A DNA stretch of 59,378 bases, the filler included. It is 3 parts of 3 records of this genome, joined end to end, with 100 filler letters (N's around TTAATTAATTAA, not from the genome) between each part and the next. Parts side by side here need not be neighbours in the genome. Positions count along the whole stretch, not along the records: positions 1 to 20,620 come from SRR31156797_3961; positions 20,721 to 41,890 come from SRR31156797_3968; 1 more part is not named here. One strand, written 5' to 3'. Below, piece after piece: positions 11,451-22,996 of this stretch. A program made the position numbers and the translations under genes. A model generated the notes under the pieces. That model made no database searches, was not told the origin of the DNA, and worked only from the letters and a program-made list of their open reading frames with translations. Positions within the stretch are counted from its first letter, which is position 1. Each line of letters opens with the position of its first letter.

Positions 11451-12407
11451 TTATCGAGTGATCACTTCGCGACAAATCATCATCAATTGATCTCGTAACC
11501 AAATGTGTCCACGATCTTTTTCACTAGACTCATGCCAGCTCAAGTAGCCACTGATTTTTGAATTTTCAAACGGGAAATCCAGAATTTGCAGCATGTCAGA
11601 ATTTGCTACGTTTTCTACAATCCAACGTGGAGCAACCGTAATTAGCTCAGATTGACCCACAACGTACAGAACGTTACTCAAGCTCGTGCCTTCATAGCTA
11701 GAAGAGCAGTAAAGCTCTTGGTAAGCCTGTTCAGCAAAACTACGTTGTCCATGGATCTTAGACAGTTTCGCGTGTTTTTCTTGCAAGATAGCGTCACGAC
11801 TCACACTGCCTTGAATGCGAGGGTGTGATTTGGCAGCAACAACAACTAACTCATCTTGGAATAATTCAGTGCTCGAGAAACCTTGACCATCAAAGTGCGC
11901 GTAATCAATCACAAAATCTGTATCTTGATAGCGCATACGTTCTGCAAGCATTCGGTCAAACTCGGCATCTAAATGCAGTTGGATACTTGGGGCAATATCA
12001 TTAATCGTTTCCATAATTTTTGGAGCGAAACGAATGTCACAAGGGCTACAAATTGCCAGTTTAAACAGACGGCTAGATGTTTCAGGCGAGAATACAGAAC
12101 TTGGCAATTCATTACGAATAAGTTGTAGAGCCTGACGGATTGGACCAAAAAGCTGGCGAGCGCGTTGCGTAGGCTGAATACCACGGCCTTGACGCATAAA
12201 CAGCTCATCATTAAACATCACTTTTAAGCGAGCAACAGCGTTACTTACGGCTGGTTGTGACATACCTAAGTTGTGTGCAGCTCGTGTAATGTTCTGCTCT
12301 TGCATAACAGCATCAAATACTGTTAATAGATTTAAATCGACTCCGCGTAATACACTCTCCATGCGGTAGCTAGAAATCGCTCCCATTCCGTCTTTTTTGT
12401 CTAACAT
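11451..12407 (-). CDS. leuO: LysR-family regulator LeuO
   Basis: VDLNLLTVFDAVMQEQNITRAAHNLGMSQPAVSNAVARL HTH; position between the ilvIH and leu loci. Confidence 0.9.
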   Translation of the reverse strand: MLDKKDGMGAISSYRMESVLRGVDLNLLTVFDAVMQEQNITRAAHNLGMSQPAVSNAVARLKVMFNDELFMRQGRGIQPTQRARQLFGPIRQALQLIRNELPSSVFSPETSSRLFKLAICSPCDIRFAPKIMETINDIAPSIQLHLDAEFDRMLAERMRYQDTDFVIDYAHFDGQGFSSTELFQDELVVVAAKSHPRIQGSVSRDAILQEKHAKLSKIHGQRSFAEQAYQELYCSSSYEGTSLSNVLYVVGQSELITVAPRWIVENVANSDMLQILDFPFENSKISGYLSWHESSEKDRGHIWLRDQLMMICREVITR

Positions 12408-12759
12408 TCTCTATACCTCAATTATTCGTTTACTCAATCAAATACCAAACATTCTTGAGCGAATAGATAACCTGTAGTTTTAATATTGGCTGTTTGGATA
12501 TTTCCAAGCGTGAGGCAATGATGATTCATTCGTTTGCCGAATGGCAACAGCATTAATAAAAAGTCAGTATTTTTGACAGCTGAAAGAGGAAAAGACCTAC
12601 AAAAATTAGGTATTTATAAGCTGTAAAAAAATCTAAATACAAAAGGCTAAAACTAAAAATCAAATATAAATACAGCCCATCAATTGACGAGCTGTATTTA
12701 TGAGAAAAAAGCATCCAGAAATGTATTAAACTGAGTGACTATCAGTACTACAGACGGTA

Positions 12760-13809
12760 CTACAGATTGACAGAAGCATAACTTGGGAAGTCAACTTGTT
12801 GCCACAGCGAATCACACAGAGCGTGTTGATTATGCCACTCTCCTTTCAGTATCCATTCAACGATCGCTTGTGCAACATTTGGATATACCACCCGTTCAGC
12901 CTGTTGTTCATCCAGCCACTTTCTGACGGCGGAAGCGTCAAGGAAGTCCATCGCCGATGCTAAACCTAGATATTCGAGTGTCGCGACATTGCTCTGCTGT
13001 TCGAACTGCCCTTGAAGTGGCTTTAGAAGCAGTTTTTTTCCAAGCGATAGTGCTTCTGACGGTAGTTCGAAACCTCCGTTCGCAATCACTCCAGAGCAGC
13101 GATGAAGGTGGTGTTGGAAACTACTGTGATTCAGCGGTCGAAGTTCCACATTTTCAATTATTTCCGCTTCAATTACGTTGGGGTGATAGCAAACAAAACT
13201 CTGATTAACAAAACGAAACAGCAACTCACACACATGTTCTACCGATTCAAAAGGAAGATAGACTAAGACAAAGTTTTGATTTTGCATGTCTTGCTCAATG
13301 GTATGTACAATCGGCGGTAATATTGGCTGATCGAAGTGATACCAATGTAATCCCAAATGATGATCAGCTGGTGCAAAACGTTGCATGATTTGTTTATCAA
13401 GCCAGTTCGCCCCTTTTAAAGGCACTGGATAACGAAACGCATTTTGATGACTAATACCAATAACATTCTTTTTCTGGCGTTTCGCCGCCCATGCCGAGAC
13501 GGGTTCAAAATCATTTAAAATTAAGTCATAACTCGATAAATCCAATCCTCGAATTTCTCGCATAACTTGGATTGGGCTATTGTTTAATGCAGTCTGAACA
13601 TAACTGACCCGCCCTCGACTAAACTGAAATGTAAACCCTCGTCGAACTTGATAGTCACCAAATTGTTCCATAGAAAAGTATTTTTCGGCTTCGCGCCCGG
13701 AAAATAAAAAGTCGACGTCGGTATTCGTGTCTCTAAATGCATCGCTCATGGCTCTTGCTCGCGCAATGTGACCATTTCCCGTTCCCTGCACTCCATAAAG
13801 AATCTTCAA
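12760..13809 (-). CDS. MJ1255/VC2487-family glycosyltransferase
   Basis: KILYGVQGTGNGHIAR, NDFEP, NGGFELPSEAL, GQFEQ; TTG start overlapping the stop codon of the upstream PAP2 gene. Confidence 0.85.
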   Translation of the reverse strand: MKILYGVQGTGNGHIARARAMSDAFRDTNTDVDFLFSGREAEKYFSMEQFGDYQVRRGFTFQFSRGRVSYVQTALNNSPIQVMREIRGLDLSSYDLILNDFEPVSAWAAKRQKKNVIGISHQNAFRYPVPLKGANWLDKQIMQRFAPADHHLGLHWYHFDQPILPPIVHTIEQDMQNQNFVLVYLPFESVEHVCELLFRFVNQSFVCYHPNVIEAEIIENVELRPLNHSSFQHHLHRCSGVIANGGFELPSEALSLGKKLLLKPLQGQFEQQSNVATLEYLGLASAMDFLDASAVRKWLDEQQAERVVYPNVAQAIVEWILKGEWHNQHALCDSLWQQVDFPSYASVNL

Positions 13810-14339
13810 GCAAATGTCTCCAAAAACTGTAATGACACAGTGGCACATCCAGCACCTAGTATTGCGCCAATAATCACATCAGTTAAAAAGTGCACGCCTA
13901 GCAGAATTCGGGCACTACCAATCAACGTCGCCCACATAAAAGCTAAGCTGTATCCATCTGGATAGTAATGCCCAATAACTGTTGCCATCACAAAAGCAGC
14001 AGCGGTATGCCCAGAGGGAAGACTGTAACGATCTGAGGGAGTAATAAAAGCCGTCAGCAAAGGCGATAACTCTTGCGGCCGACGTCGCTGGAAGCTGTTC
14101 TTTAACAGCCAATAAATTGGGAGTTCGATTGCAAACGCAATTAAGCCTGCAATAAGAAAGTTCTGTCCGTGTGCTCCGCCGATGAGACAAGCGATAACAC
14201 CAAATAGTGCGTAAAGGTGGCCATCACCAGTATGTGATACCGCCTTACTGATTCTCGCGATAGGCTGATTAAACTTATGCTGTAAGCAAAACATCGAAAA
14301 AGCTAAATCAAGCTTAGCGATAGGCTTAATGGTCTTCAT
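13806..14339 (-). CDS. PAP2-family phosphatase
   Basis: KxxxxRxRP, PSGH and SARILLGVHFLTD motifs; hydrophobic segments. Confidence 0.9.
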   Translation of the reverse strand: MKTIKPIAKLDLAFSMFCLQHKFNQPIARISKAVSHTGDGHLYALFGVIACLIGGAHGQNFLIAGLIAFAIELPIYWLLKNSFQRRRPQELSPLLTAFITPSDRYSLPSGHTAAAFVMATVIGHYYPDGYSLAFMWATLIGSARILLGVHFLTDVIIGAILGAGCATVSLQFLETFA

Positions 14340-14634
14340 AATATGCCCCTATCTTAGTTAGGTATTTCCTACTTCCAAGCTAAGAGCATTACATTGCAAA
14401 ACCGTGACTGTTTGTTTGTAAATGGATGACATTTAGTCGTAGTTCCAATCTACTGACTTCCAAATCCTAAACACATTAAAAACCTATCGCGTAGATAACA
14501 CCTTCCCAAATTATTGATTTTCTCTGTATTGGGTATAAAACTCGTCCGATATGAATAAAAAAACAACTTTATGGTTGACGTACCGTGTTGAGTACGGTAC
14601 TAATTTGTTAATTCAATTTTGTGGATGTTAATTA

Positions 14635-14697
14635 ATGACAACTCGTTTTTCACTGCTCCTGAACTTACTCCTTATCGTGACTCAATCGCGCGGGTAG
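14635..14697 (+). CDS. leuL: leu operon leader peptide MTTRFSLLLNLLLIVTQSRG
   Basis: Translated by hand: 20 aa with six Leu codons in two triplets, directly upstream of the attenuator hairpin and leuA. Confidence 0.88.
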   Translation: MTTRFSLLLNLLLIVTQSRG

Positions 14698-14758
14698 TTA
14701 GTGGACGAAAAACACCACAACAGATTCATAAGAACCCGCACATGATGCGGGTTTTTTT
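14688..14758 (+). promoter_or_regulatory. leu transcription attenuator
   Basis: Terminator aacccgca-catga-tgcgggtt plus T-run (14733-14758); upstream gcgggt (about 14690-14695) can pair with acccgc as the antiterminator. Confidence 0.88.
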
Positions 14759-14809
14759 ATAACTAAATCTAGGAAGTAAACGATTACCTCTCCAAGTAAG
14801 GAAGCAAAC

Positions 14810-16363
14810 ATGAACGATCAGGTCATTTTATTCGATACAACATTACGTGATGGCGAACAAGCGTTGTCGGCTAGCCTAACAGTGAAAGAAAAGCTGCAAA
14901 TCGCTTACGCTCTGGAGCGTTTAGGTATTGATGTGATTGAAGCTGGCTTTCCTGTTTCTTCCCCGGGTGATTTTGAGTCTGTTCAAACTATCGCAAGAAA
15001 CATTAAGAACAGCCGTATCTGTGCTCTTTCGCGTGCCGTTGCGAAAGATATTGATGCGGCAGCTGAAGCATTAAAAGTTGCAGACCAGTTCCGTATTCAT
15101 ACCTTCTTAGCCACTTCAACTATCCATGTACAGGATAAACTTCGTCGTTCTTACGATGATGTTTTAGAAATGGCAGTAAACGCGGTTAAACATGCTCGTA
15201 AATATACTGATGACGTCGAGTTCTCATGTGAAGACGCCGGACGTACGCCGATTGATAACTTGTGCCGTATGGTTGAAGCCGCTATCAATGCTGGCGCAAC
15301 CACGGTTAATATTCCGGACACGGTTGGCTACACAGTTCCAAGTGAATTTGGTGGCATCATTGAAACATTGTTTAACCGCGTTCCAAACATTGATAAAGCG
15401 GTCATCTCGGTACACTGCCATGATGACTTGGGTATGTCTGTGGCAAACTCCATTGCGGCGGTTCAAGCTGGTGCTCGTCAAATCGAAGGGACTATCAATG
15501 GTATCGGCGAGCGCGCAGGCAACTGTGCATTAGAAGAAATCGCGATGATCATCAAAACTCGTCAGGAGTTTTTGGGAGTGAACACCGGCCTTAAGCACGA
15601 TGAAATTCACCGTACCAGTAAATTGGTGAGTCAACTTTGTAATATGCCGATCCAAAGTAATAAAGCCATCGTTGGTGCCAATGCATTTAGCCACTCTTCA
15701 GGTATCCACCAAGATGGTATGTTGAAGAATAAGAACACCTACGAAATCATGACTCCAGAATCTATTGGCTTGAAAAACCAAGCTCTGAACCTAACCAGCC
15801 GTAGTGGTCGTGCCGCAGTGAAAAGCCATATGGATGCGATGGGCTACAACGAAAACGAATACAACCTAGATGCTCTATACGAAGATTTCTTGAAATTAGC
15901 TGACCGTAAAGGCCAGGTATTCGATTATGATTTGGAAGCTCTAATGCACTTCTCTAATCTTCGTGATGAAGATGATTTCTACAAATTGAACTACTTAAGT
16001 GTTCAATCTGGTAGTGTGATGGCAACAACCAGTATTAAACTGCTTTGTGGTGATGAAGAGAAGTCTGAAGCAGCAGTCGGTAATGGTCCCGTTGATGCTT
16101 TATACCAATGTATCTATCGCGTGACTGGCTATGAGATCGTTCTAGACAAGTTCGACCTAACAGCAAAAGGCGAAGGTGAAGATGGTTTAGGTCAAGCAGA
16201 TATCATTGCCAACTACAAAGGACGTAAATACCACGGTACAGGTGTATCAACTGATATCGTAGAAGCTTCTGGTCAAGCACTATTGCACGTAATTAATAGC
16301 ATTCATCGTGCAGACCAAATCGAAGAAATAAAACAGAAGAAGAAAGTCATTGCTGGCGTATAA
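14810..16363 (+). CDS. leuA: 2-isopropylmalate synthase
   Basis: [29 protein letters not shown]. Confidence 0.98.
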   Translation: MNDQVILFDTTLRDGEQALSASLTVKEKLQIAYALERLGIDVIEAGFPVSSPGDFESVQTIARNIKNSRICALSRAVAKDIDAAAEALKVADQFRIHTFLATSTIHVQDKLRRSYDDVLEMAVNAVKHARKYTDDVEFSCEDAGRTPIDNLCRMVEAAINAGATTVNIPDTVGYTVPSEFGGIIETLFNRVPNIDKAVISVHCHDDLGMSVANSIAAVQAGARQIEGTINGIGERAGNCALEEIAMIIKTRQEFLGVNTGLKHDEIHRTSKLVSQLCNMPIQSNKAIVGANAFSHSSGIHQDGMLKNKNTYEIMTPESIGLKNQALNLTSRSGRAAVKSHMDAMGYNENEYNLDALYEDFLKLADRKGQVFDYDLEALMHFSNLRDEDDFYKLNYLSVQSGSVMATTSIKLLCGDEEKSEAAVGNGPVDALYQCIYRVTGYEIVLDKFDLTAKGEGEDGLGQADIIANYKGRKYHGTGVSTDIVEASGQALLHVINSIHRADQIEEIKQKKKVIAGV

Positions 16364-16429
16364 ATCAGTAATAACTCTACAAGCAATGACTCGAACACAA
16401 CATTGAACGAATATTATCAAAATTAGTGA

Positions 16430-17530
<1,101 letters not shown>

Positions 17531-17608
17531 TAAATATTAAACTTGTCGCCAAGTTAAGGATGGTTAAACCATCCTTGCTTAAGGACGACAAGGAAAGGAA
17601 GCAAACAC

Positions 17609-19006
17609 ATGGGCAAAACACTCTATGAAAAAGTCTACGACGCTCACGTCGTCGTAGCCGCCGAAGGCGAAAACCCAATTTTATACATTGACCGTCATTT
17701 GGTTCACGAAGTCACTTCACCGCAAGCATTTGATGGTTTACGTGAAAAAGGCCGCCAGTTACGTCAAGTAGGTAAAACGTTCGCGACCATGGATCACAAC
17801 GTTTCAACCACAACGAAAGACATTAACGCTTCTGGCGAAATGGCTCGTATTCAAATGCAAACTCTTGCGAAGAACTGTGAAGAGTTTGGTGTCACCCTTT
17901 ACGACATCAACCACAAGTATCAAGGCATCGTTCACGTAATGGGTCCTGAACTTGGCATTACCCTACCAGGCATGACGATTGTTTGTGGTGACTCACACAC
18001 AGCAACACACGGCGCATTTGGCTCGCTGGCATTCGGTATCGGTACTTCAGAAGTTGAGCATGTAATGGCGACTCAAACGCTAAAACAAGCTCGCGCTAAA
18101 ACGATGAAGATCGAAGTCAAAGGCAAAGTAGCTCCGGGCATTACAGCGAAAGATATCGTACTGGCGATTATTGGCGAAACCACAGCGGCTGGTGGTACTG
18201 GCTACGTGGTTGAATTCTGTGGTGAAGCGATTCGCGATCTGTCTATGGAAGGCCGTATGACAGTTTGTAACATGGCGATTGAATTAGGTGCGAAAGCTGG
18301 CTTAATTGCACCAGACCAAACAACATTTGATTACATCCAAGGCCGTAAATTTGCTCCTACTGGCGCAGATTGGGATGCTGCAGTTGAATACTGGTCAACG
18401 TTAAAAACTGACGATGATGCAGAGTTTGATGCTGTGGTTACACTTGATGCTGCAAGCATCCGTCCTCAAGTCACTTGGGGTACAAACCCAGGTCAGGTAA
18501 TTTCGGTTGATACACCAATCCCATCTCCAGAATCTTTCAACGATCCGATTGAGCGTCTATCAGCAGAAAAAGCACTGGCATATATGGGTTTAGAAGGCGG
18601 CAAAATGCTTTCCGACTATAAAGTAGATAAAGTATTTGTTGGTTCTTGTACAAACTCACGTATCGAAGATATACGCGCTGCAGCTGACGTTGCTAAGGGC
18701 AAGAAAGTCGCTTCTCATGTTCAGGCATTAATCGTACCGGGCTCTGAACAAGTCAAAGCTCAGGCAGAAGCGGAAGGTTTAGATAAGGTCTTTATCGAAG
18801 CAGGTTTTGAGTGGCGCCTACCAGGCTGCTCTATGTGCTTGGCTATGAACAATGACCGTTTAGGTGCCGGTGAGCGTTGTGCTTCAACATCAAACCGTAA
18901 CTTCGAAGGTCGTCAAGGCCGTGGTGGCAGAACACACTTAGTCAGTCCAGCGATGGCCGCGGCAGCAGCAATTGCTGGCCACTTCGTTGATATTCGTAAT
19001 AGCTAA
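17609..19006 (+). CDS. leuC: 3-isopropylmalate dehydratase large subunit
   Basis: [39 protein letters not shown]. Confidence 0.98.
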   Translation: MGKTLYEKVYDAHVVVAAEGENPILYIDRHLVHEVTSPQAFDGLREKGRQLRQVGKTFATMDHNVSTTTKDINASGEMARIQMQTLAKNCEEFGVTLYDINHKYQGIVHVMGPELGITLPGMTIVCGDSHTATHGAFGSLAFGIGTSEVEHVMATQTLKQARAKTMKIEVKGKVAPGITAKDIVLAIIGETTAAGGTGYVVEFCGEAIRDLSMEGRMTVCNMAIELGAKAGLIAPDQTTFDYIQGRKFAPTGADWDAAVEYWSTLKTDDDAEFDAVVTLDAASIRPQVTWGTNPGQVISVDTPIPSPESFNDPIERLSAEKALAYMGLEGGKMLSDYKVDKVFVGSCTNSRIEDIRAAADVAKGKKVASHVQALIVPGSEQVKAQAEAEGLDKVFIEAGFEWRLPGCSMCLAMNNDRLGAGERCASTSNRNFEGRQGRGGRTHLVSPAMAAAAAIAGHFVDIRNS

Positions 19007-19023
19007 GGATAGAGGAAAAAGAA

Positions 19024-19626
19024 ATGGCAGGTTTTCAACAACACACAGGCTTAGTTGTTCCTCTTGATGCAGCGAACGTCGATACTGATGCAATCATTCC
19101 TAAACAGTTTCTACAAAAAGTAAACCGTATTGGTTTTGGTAAGCACTTATTTCATGACTGGCGCTTCCTAGACGATGCTGGTGAGCAACCCAATCCAGAG
19201 TTCATAATGAACCAACCTCGTTACCAAGGTGCAAGTATCCTATTGGCACGTGAGAACTTTGGTTGTGGCTCATCTCGTGAGCATGCACCTTGGGCACTAG
19301 CGGATTACGGTATCCAAGTCATGATCGCTCCAAGCTTTGCAGACATCTTCTATGGTAACTCAATCAACAATCAGATGGTTCCTGTTCGTCTAACTGAACA
19401 GGAAGTTGATGAGATTTTCCAATATGTACAAGCCAATGAAGGCGCACAAGTAACGGTCGATCTAGAAAAGATGCTGGTGACTGCAAATGGTAAAGAGTAT
19501 AGCTTCGAAATCGATGAATTTCGTCGTCACTGCTTACTTAACGGTCTAGACAATATTGGTTTAACACTGCAGCATGAAGATAAAATTGCGGCTTATGAAG
19601 CGAATATTCCTTCATTTTTAAAATAG
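19024..19626 (+). CDS. leuD: 3-isopropylmalate dehydratase small subunit
   Basis: [26 protein letters not shown]. Confidence 0.98.
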   Translation: MAGFQQHTGLVVPLDAANVDTDAIIPKQFLQKVNRIGFGKHLFHDWRFLDDAGEQPNPEFIMNQPRYQGASILLARENFGCGSSREHAPWALADYGIQVMIAPSFADIFYGNSINNQMVPVRLTEQEVDEIFQYVQANEGAQVTVDLEKMLVTANGKEYSFEIDEFRRHCLLNGLDNIGLTLQHEDKIAAYEANIPSFLK

Positions 19627-19632
19627 AAACGT

Positions 19633-19657
19633 AAGGCTGCCAATGGCAGCCTTTTTT
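19633..19657 (+). terminator. leu operon terminator
   Basis: aaggctgcc-aat-ggcagcctt followed by T-run. Confidence 0.85.
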
Positions 19658-19724
19658 ACAACTGAAAGAATGTCACTTTGATCTCGGTCTTCTTACTAAC
19701 TCCAAATAAACCAAGGCGTTATTA

Positions 19725-20510
19725 ATGAAACGATTTTTGTCTATCATACTGTTACTCTTTTCCACCCACTCGGCGACCGCAGCACCTAAAGCTGACTTAT
19801 GGCCCTATTGGGATATAAGTAACGAACAAAACAGCCAAACGGTCTCACATCAAAAATGGCAAACCATCCTAGACATTTATTTGATTCATCAAGGTGAATA
19901 CACCTTATTTAACTATGCTCAGGTCACGAATTCTCACAAAGAAACACTTAATGCCTACCTGTCACAACTTTCCTCTATCGATCCAAGGCTGCTCAACAAA
20001 AAAGAGCAGTACGCATATTGGGTAAACTTGTATAACGCACTCACCGTCCAACTTATTCTGGCAAATTATCCAGTAAGCTCTATCACCAAGATCGGAAGTT
20101 GGTTTGGATTTGGTCCATGGGATAATCAAATCACGACCATTGCAGGAAAAGAGTTAACTCTAAACGATGTTGAGCATCGGATACTCAGACCCATTTGGGG
20201 CGATCCCAGAACACATTACGCAGTAAACTGTGCCAGTCTTGGCTGTCCTAATTTACAACCGGTCGCATTTACTTCCGAAAACACGGAAAGCTTGTTAGAC
20301 AGAGCCGCTCATCAGTTTATCAATAGCAATAAAGGCGTTGTATTACAGGAAGGAAAGCTCACCCTTTCGTCAATTTATGATTGGTTTGCTGAAGACTTTG
20401 GTCATCAAAAACAGCTCTTTCAGCATCTGTCTCAGTACCGCTCAGGAATAAAGAGTTACCAGGGTGATATCAACTATCAATATGACTGGAAACTTAATGA
20501 GAAGAAATAG
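19725..20510 (+). CDS. DUF547 domain exported protein
   Basis: Signal-peptide-like N-terminus; AYWVNLYNA, EHRILR, DPRTHYAVNCASLGCP, SSIYDWF, YDWKLN. Confidence 0.85.
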   Translation: MKRFLSIILLLFSTHSATAAPKADLWPYWDISNEQNSQTVSHQKWQTILDIYLIHQGEYTLFNYAQVTNSHKETLNAYLSQLSSIDPRLLNKKEQYAYWVNLYNALTVQLILANYPVSSITKIGSWFGFGPWDNQITTIAGKELTLNDVEHRILRPIWGDPRTHYAVNCASLGCPNLQPVAFTSENTESLLDRAAHQFINSNKGVVLQEGKLTLSSIYDWFAEDFGHQKQLFQHLSQYRSGIKSYQGDINYQYDWKLNEKK

Positions 20511-20525
20511 TAAAAGCCGAATACG

Positions 20526-20554
20526 AAAAAGCCCCTGTATTTCTACAGGGGCTT
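20526..20554 (-). terminator. Terminator downstream of the 5S rRNA (rRNA operon end)
   Basis: aagcccctgta-tttc-tacaggggctt hairpin with an A-run on the left. Confidence 0.75.
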
Positions 20555-20561
20555 GGAAATA

Positions 20562-20620
20562 AAGCCTAGCAATGTCCTACTCTCACATGGGGAATCCCCA
20601 CACTACCATCGGCGCTATTG
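20562..20620 (-). rRNA. rrf: 5S rRNA, 3' half (truncated at contig end)
   Basis: Reverse complement reads ...agcgccgatggtagtgtggggattccccatgtgagagtaggacattgctaggc, the canonical gammaproteobacterial 5S 3' half. Confidence 0.93.
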
Positions 20621-20720
20621 NNNNNNNNNNNNNNNNNNNNNNNNNNNNNNNNNNNNNNNNNNNNTTAATTAATTAANNNNNNNNNNNNNNNNNNNNNNNN
20701 NNNNNNNNNNNNNNNNNNNN
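20621..20720. other. Artificial contig linker (N44-TTAATTAATTAA-N44)
   Basis: N runs around a six-frame stop cassette; composition and gene content change abruptly across it. Confidence 0.97.
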
Positions 20721-21112
20721 ATTTCTCTAAAACTTTCGGAGGCTAGTGATAACAAATATATTAGGAGTAATGTTTATATCGGGTTTTCTTCTGTTGAATA
20801 TAGGTTGGTTCATTAAAAAAGCATAAGAATTTGCTCCGAAAAATATTGAAAATGGTTTGGAGCAGCAAATTTTGCACTTATAATTAACTCACATACGTAT
20901 GTTAAAACTTTTCTCTGTTTTTAAAATACATGTGTTTATGTGAATTATAATTGTACTTGAACAAACCATAGAGTTATCTTAAATAAGTATGAATTCAGTA
21001 TGAAAATATTAATAAAGAATGAGGAGATTGCTATTAGTAAATAGAAAATTAAACTATTTTTGTCCGAATTTTTGTTGTAGCTGCAGCAAAGGGTTAATTC
21101 GGGCCGTTTTTA

Positions 21113-22996
21113 ATGATTAAAAGTCTTTTTTTTATAACAACTGTAATACTGCTTATTGTTTGTCATACACAAGGTATGGCCAATAGTAAAACAGACAGCT
21201 TGCGCATTTTAATCCAAGACGAGAACGAAGATTCCATCCGCATCAAAGCTTTGTTAGATTTGGGTGATGAGCTGATTCTAAAATCACACACCGAAGCATT
21301 GGATTGTTATTATCAATCGCGCATGCTCGCCGAAAAAAATAGCGACACTACTTATATTGTATATAATTTAATTGGTATATGCGATGTGTATTCTATGATG
21401 GGTGAATACAAGCAGGCTTTAGCGTTTGTGGAGGAAGCACGTGAATTAGCCACTGGAAACTACGAATTGTTGGCTGCTGTGCATAGCCGTTTAGCAGTTG
21501 AGTACTTTAATCTAAGCGAATTTGATTTGTCGCTCGAAAACGATAAGCTATCCTTAATGTATAATCAAATACTAAAGGATACTATTCAAATGGCATATGA
21601 TTATCACAATATAGGTACTTATTATTTGGGTATTCAAAATATAGATAGTGCATTGGTTTATTATCAACGGTCTGATTCATTGCTTGGGGCGAGAGATGAA
21701 ATTTTACATGCCTACAATAATAGTCGTATGGGCTTTGCAAAGTCATATAATAAGGAATATTTAGCCTCATTACCATATCACGAAAAAGCACTAGCATATT
21801 ATGCTAAAGATAGCTTATTATACGAAATGGCGCAGGAAGAAAACTATATGTCTTCGGCCTATTACAGCAGTCATCAATTAATAAAAGCTACTGAACATGC
21901 TCAAAAAGCTTTAAAGTATAGTGTAAAATTAAACAACCATCAGTTATTGTGCAATAATTATGATTTGTTGTATGATATTTACAACAAACAAAAGGATTAT
22001 AAAAAGGCACTGGAATATACCTTACTTGAAAAAGCATACACTGATTCCCTGGAGGAAAAAAACAAGGAAAGTATTATTCAATCCATGAAAACGAGACACC
22101 GTTTTATGGAACAGAAAAAGATATTAGAGGCTACAGAAGAATCCAATGTACAATTATCTCGTCAACGAATGCAATTGCTTATTTTTAGCTGTGTAAGTGT
22201 GTTTTTGTTGGTGGTGGTGATTATTATATCTAAACAAAACCGAAAAAAGCATCAAAAAAATAAGGAGTTGTTAGTTGAATTAAATCATGTAAATGATTCA
22301 ATTAGAAAACTACTTTCAATTATTGGTCACGATTTAAGAGATTCTGTAGGGAACCTGAAAAACTTTACGCAGTTGATGCACTACGAATTATTGGACAACA
22401 AGTCGGTAAAAGATATGATCCGGATGTTTGTTCCTATGATTGATTCAACACACGGATTGTTAGAAAACCTGCTTACCTGGTCAAAAAATGACAGCGATAA
22501 TTTTCAGCCCCAGATTGAAAAGCTCAATACAAAGGAGATGGCTCAAATCGTAATTGGACAGGTTTATAATATCGCTAAAAATAAAAATATCAGCATTGAG
22601 CAAAATATAGAAGAAGGGACAATTTGTGCCGATAAAAATATGTTGCTAACTGTTTTAAGAAACCTGTTAAGTAATGCCATTAAGTTTTCGAAGGATGGAG
22701 ACAAGGTGATTTTAAAATGCAATTTGCATGATAATCAAGTTGTTTTTTCGGTACTAGATTATGGGGTAGGGTTAAATCAGGAGCAGATTGATAAAATTTT
22801 AGGCGAAGAAACTTTTCATACATCAGGAACTTCAGGCGAAAGAGGATCTGGTTTAGGGCTCTCGCTTTGTGCTTCATTTATTGCCAAGCATGGTGGTAAA
22901 TTAACTATTGAAAGTGAACCAGGAAATGGTGCCTGCTTTCATTTTCAAATTCCGTCGGAATGTTCGAGAGCTAGAAAGATTGAAACAATGCTGTGA
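21113..22996 (+). CDS. TPR-repeat membrane sensor histidine kinase
   Basis: Signal-like N-terminus, TPR-like helices, TM segment, H-box IIGHDLR, N-box RNLLSNAIKF, DYGVG, GSGLGL. Confidence 0.9.
   Translation: MIKSLFFITTVILLIVCHTQGMANSKTDSLRILIQDENEDSIRIKALLDLGDELILKSHTEALDCYYQSRMLAEKNSDTTYIVYNLIGICDVYSMMGEYKQALAFVEEARELATGNYELLAAVHSRLAVEYFNLSEFDLSLENDKLSLMYNQILKDTIQMAYDYHNIGTYYLGIQNIDSALVYYQRSDSLLGARDEILHAYNNSRMGFAKSYNKEYLASLPYHEKALAYYAKDSLLYEMAQEENYMSSAYYSSHQLIKATEHAQKALKYSVKLNNHQLLCNNYDLLYDIYNKQKDYKKALEYTLLEKAYTDSLEEKNKESIIQSMKTRHRFMEQKKILEATEESNVQLSRQRMQLLIFSCVSVFLLVVVIIISKQNRKKHQKNKELLVELNHVNDSIRKLLSIIGHDLRDSVGNLKNFTQLMHYELLDNKSVKDMIRMFVPMIDSTHGLLENLLTWSKNDSDNFQPQIEKLNTKEMAQIVIGQVYNIAKNKNISIEQNIEEGTICADKNMLLTVLRNLLSNAIKFSKDGDKVILKCNLHDNQVVFSVLDYGVGLNQEQIDKILGEETFHTSGTSGERGSGLGLSLCASFIAKHGGKLTIESEPGNGACFHFQIPSECSRARKIETML

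Noticed and set aside
17542-17591. Long imperfect hairpin between leuB and leuC
   Set aside because: Single copy with no U-tract; probably an ordinary intercistronic mRNA-stability structure, with no evidence for a mobile repeat
20665-20676. TTAATTAATTAA palindrome (also at 41935-41946)
   Set aside because: Assembly linker that places stop codons in all six frames; not biological
20721-20826. Possible 3' end of a gene at the start of the second contig
   Set aside because: Too short, and the reading frame is ambiguous, so no product can be supported
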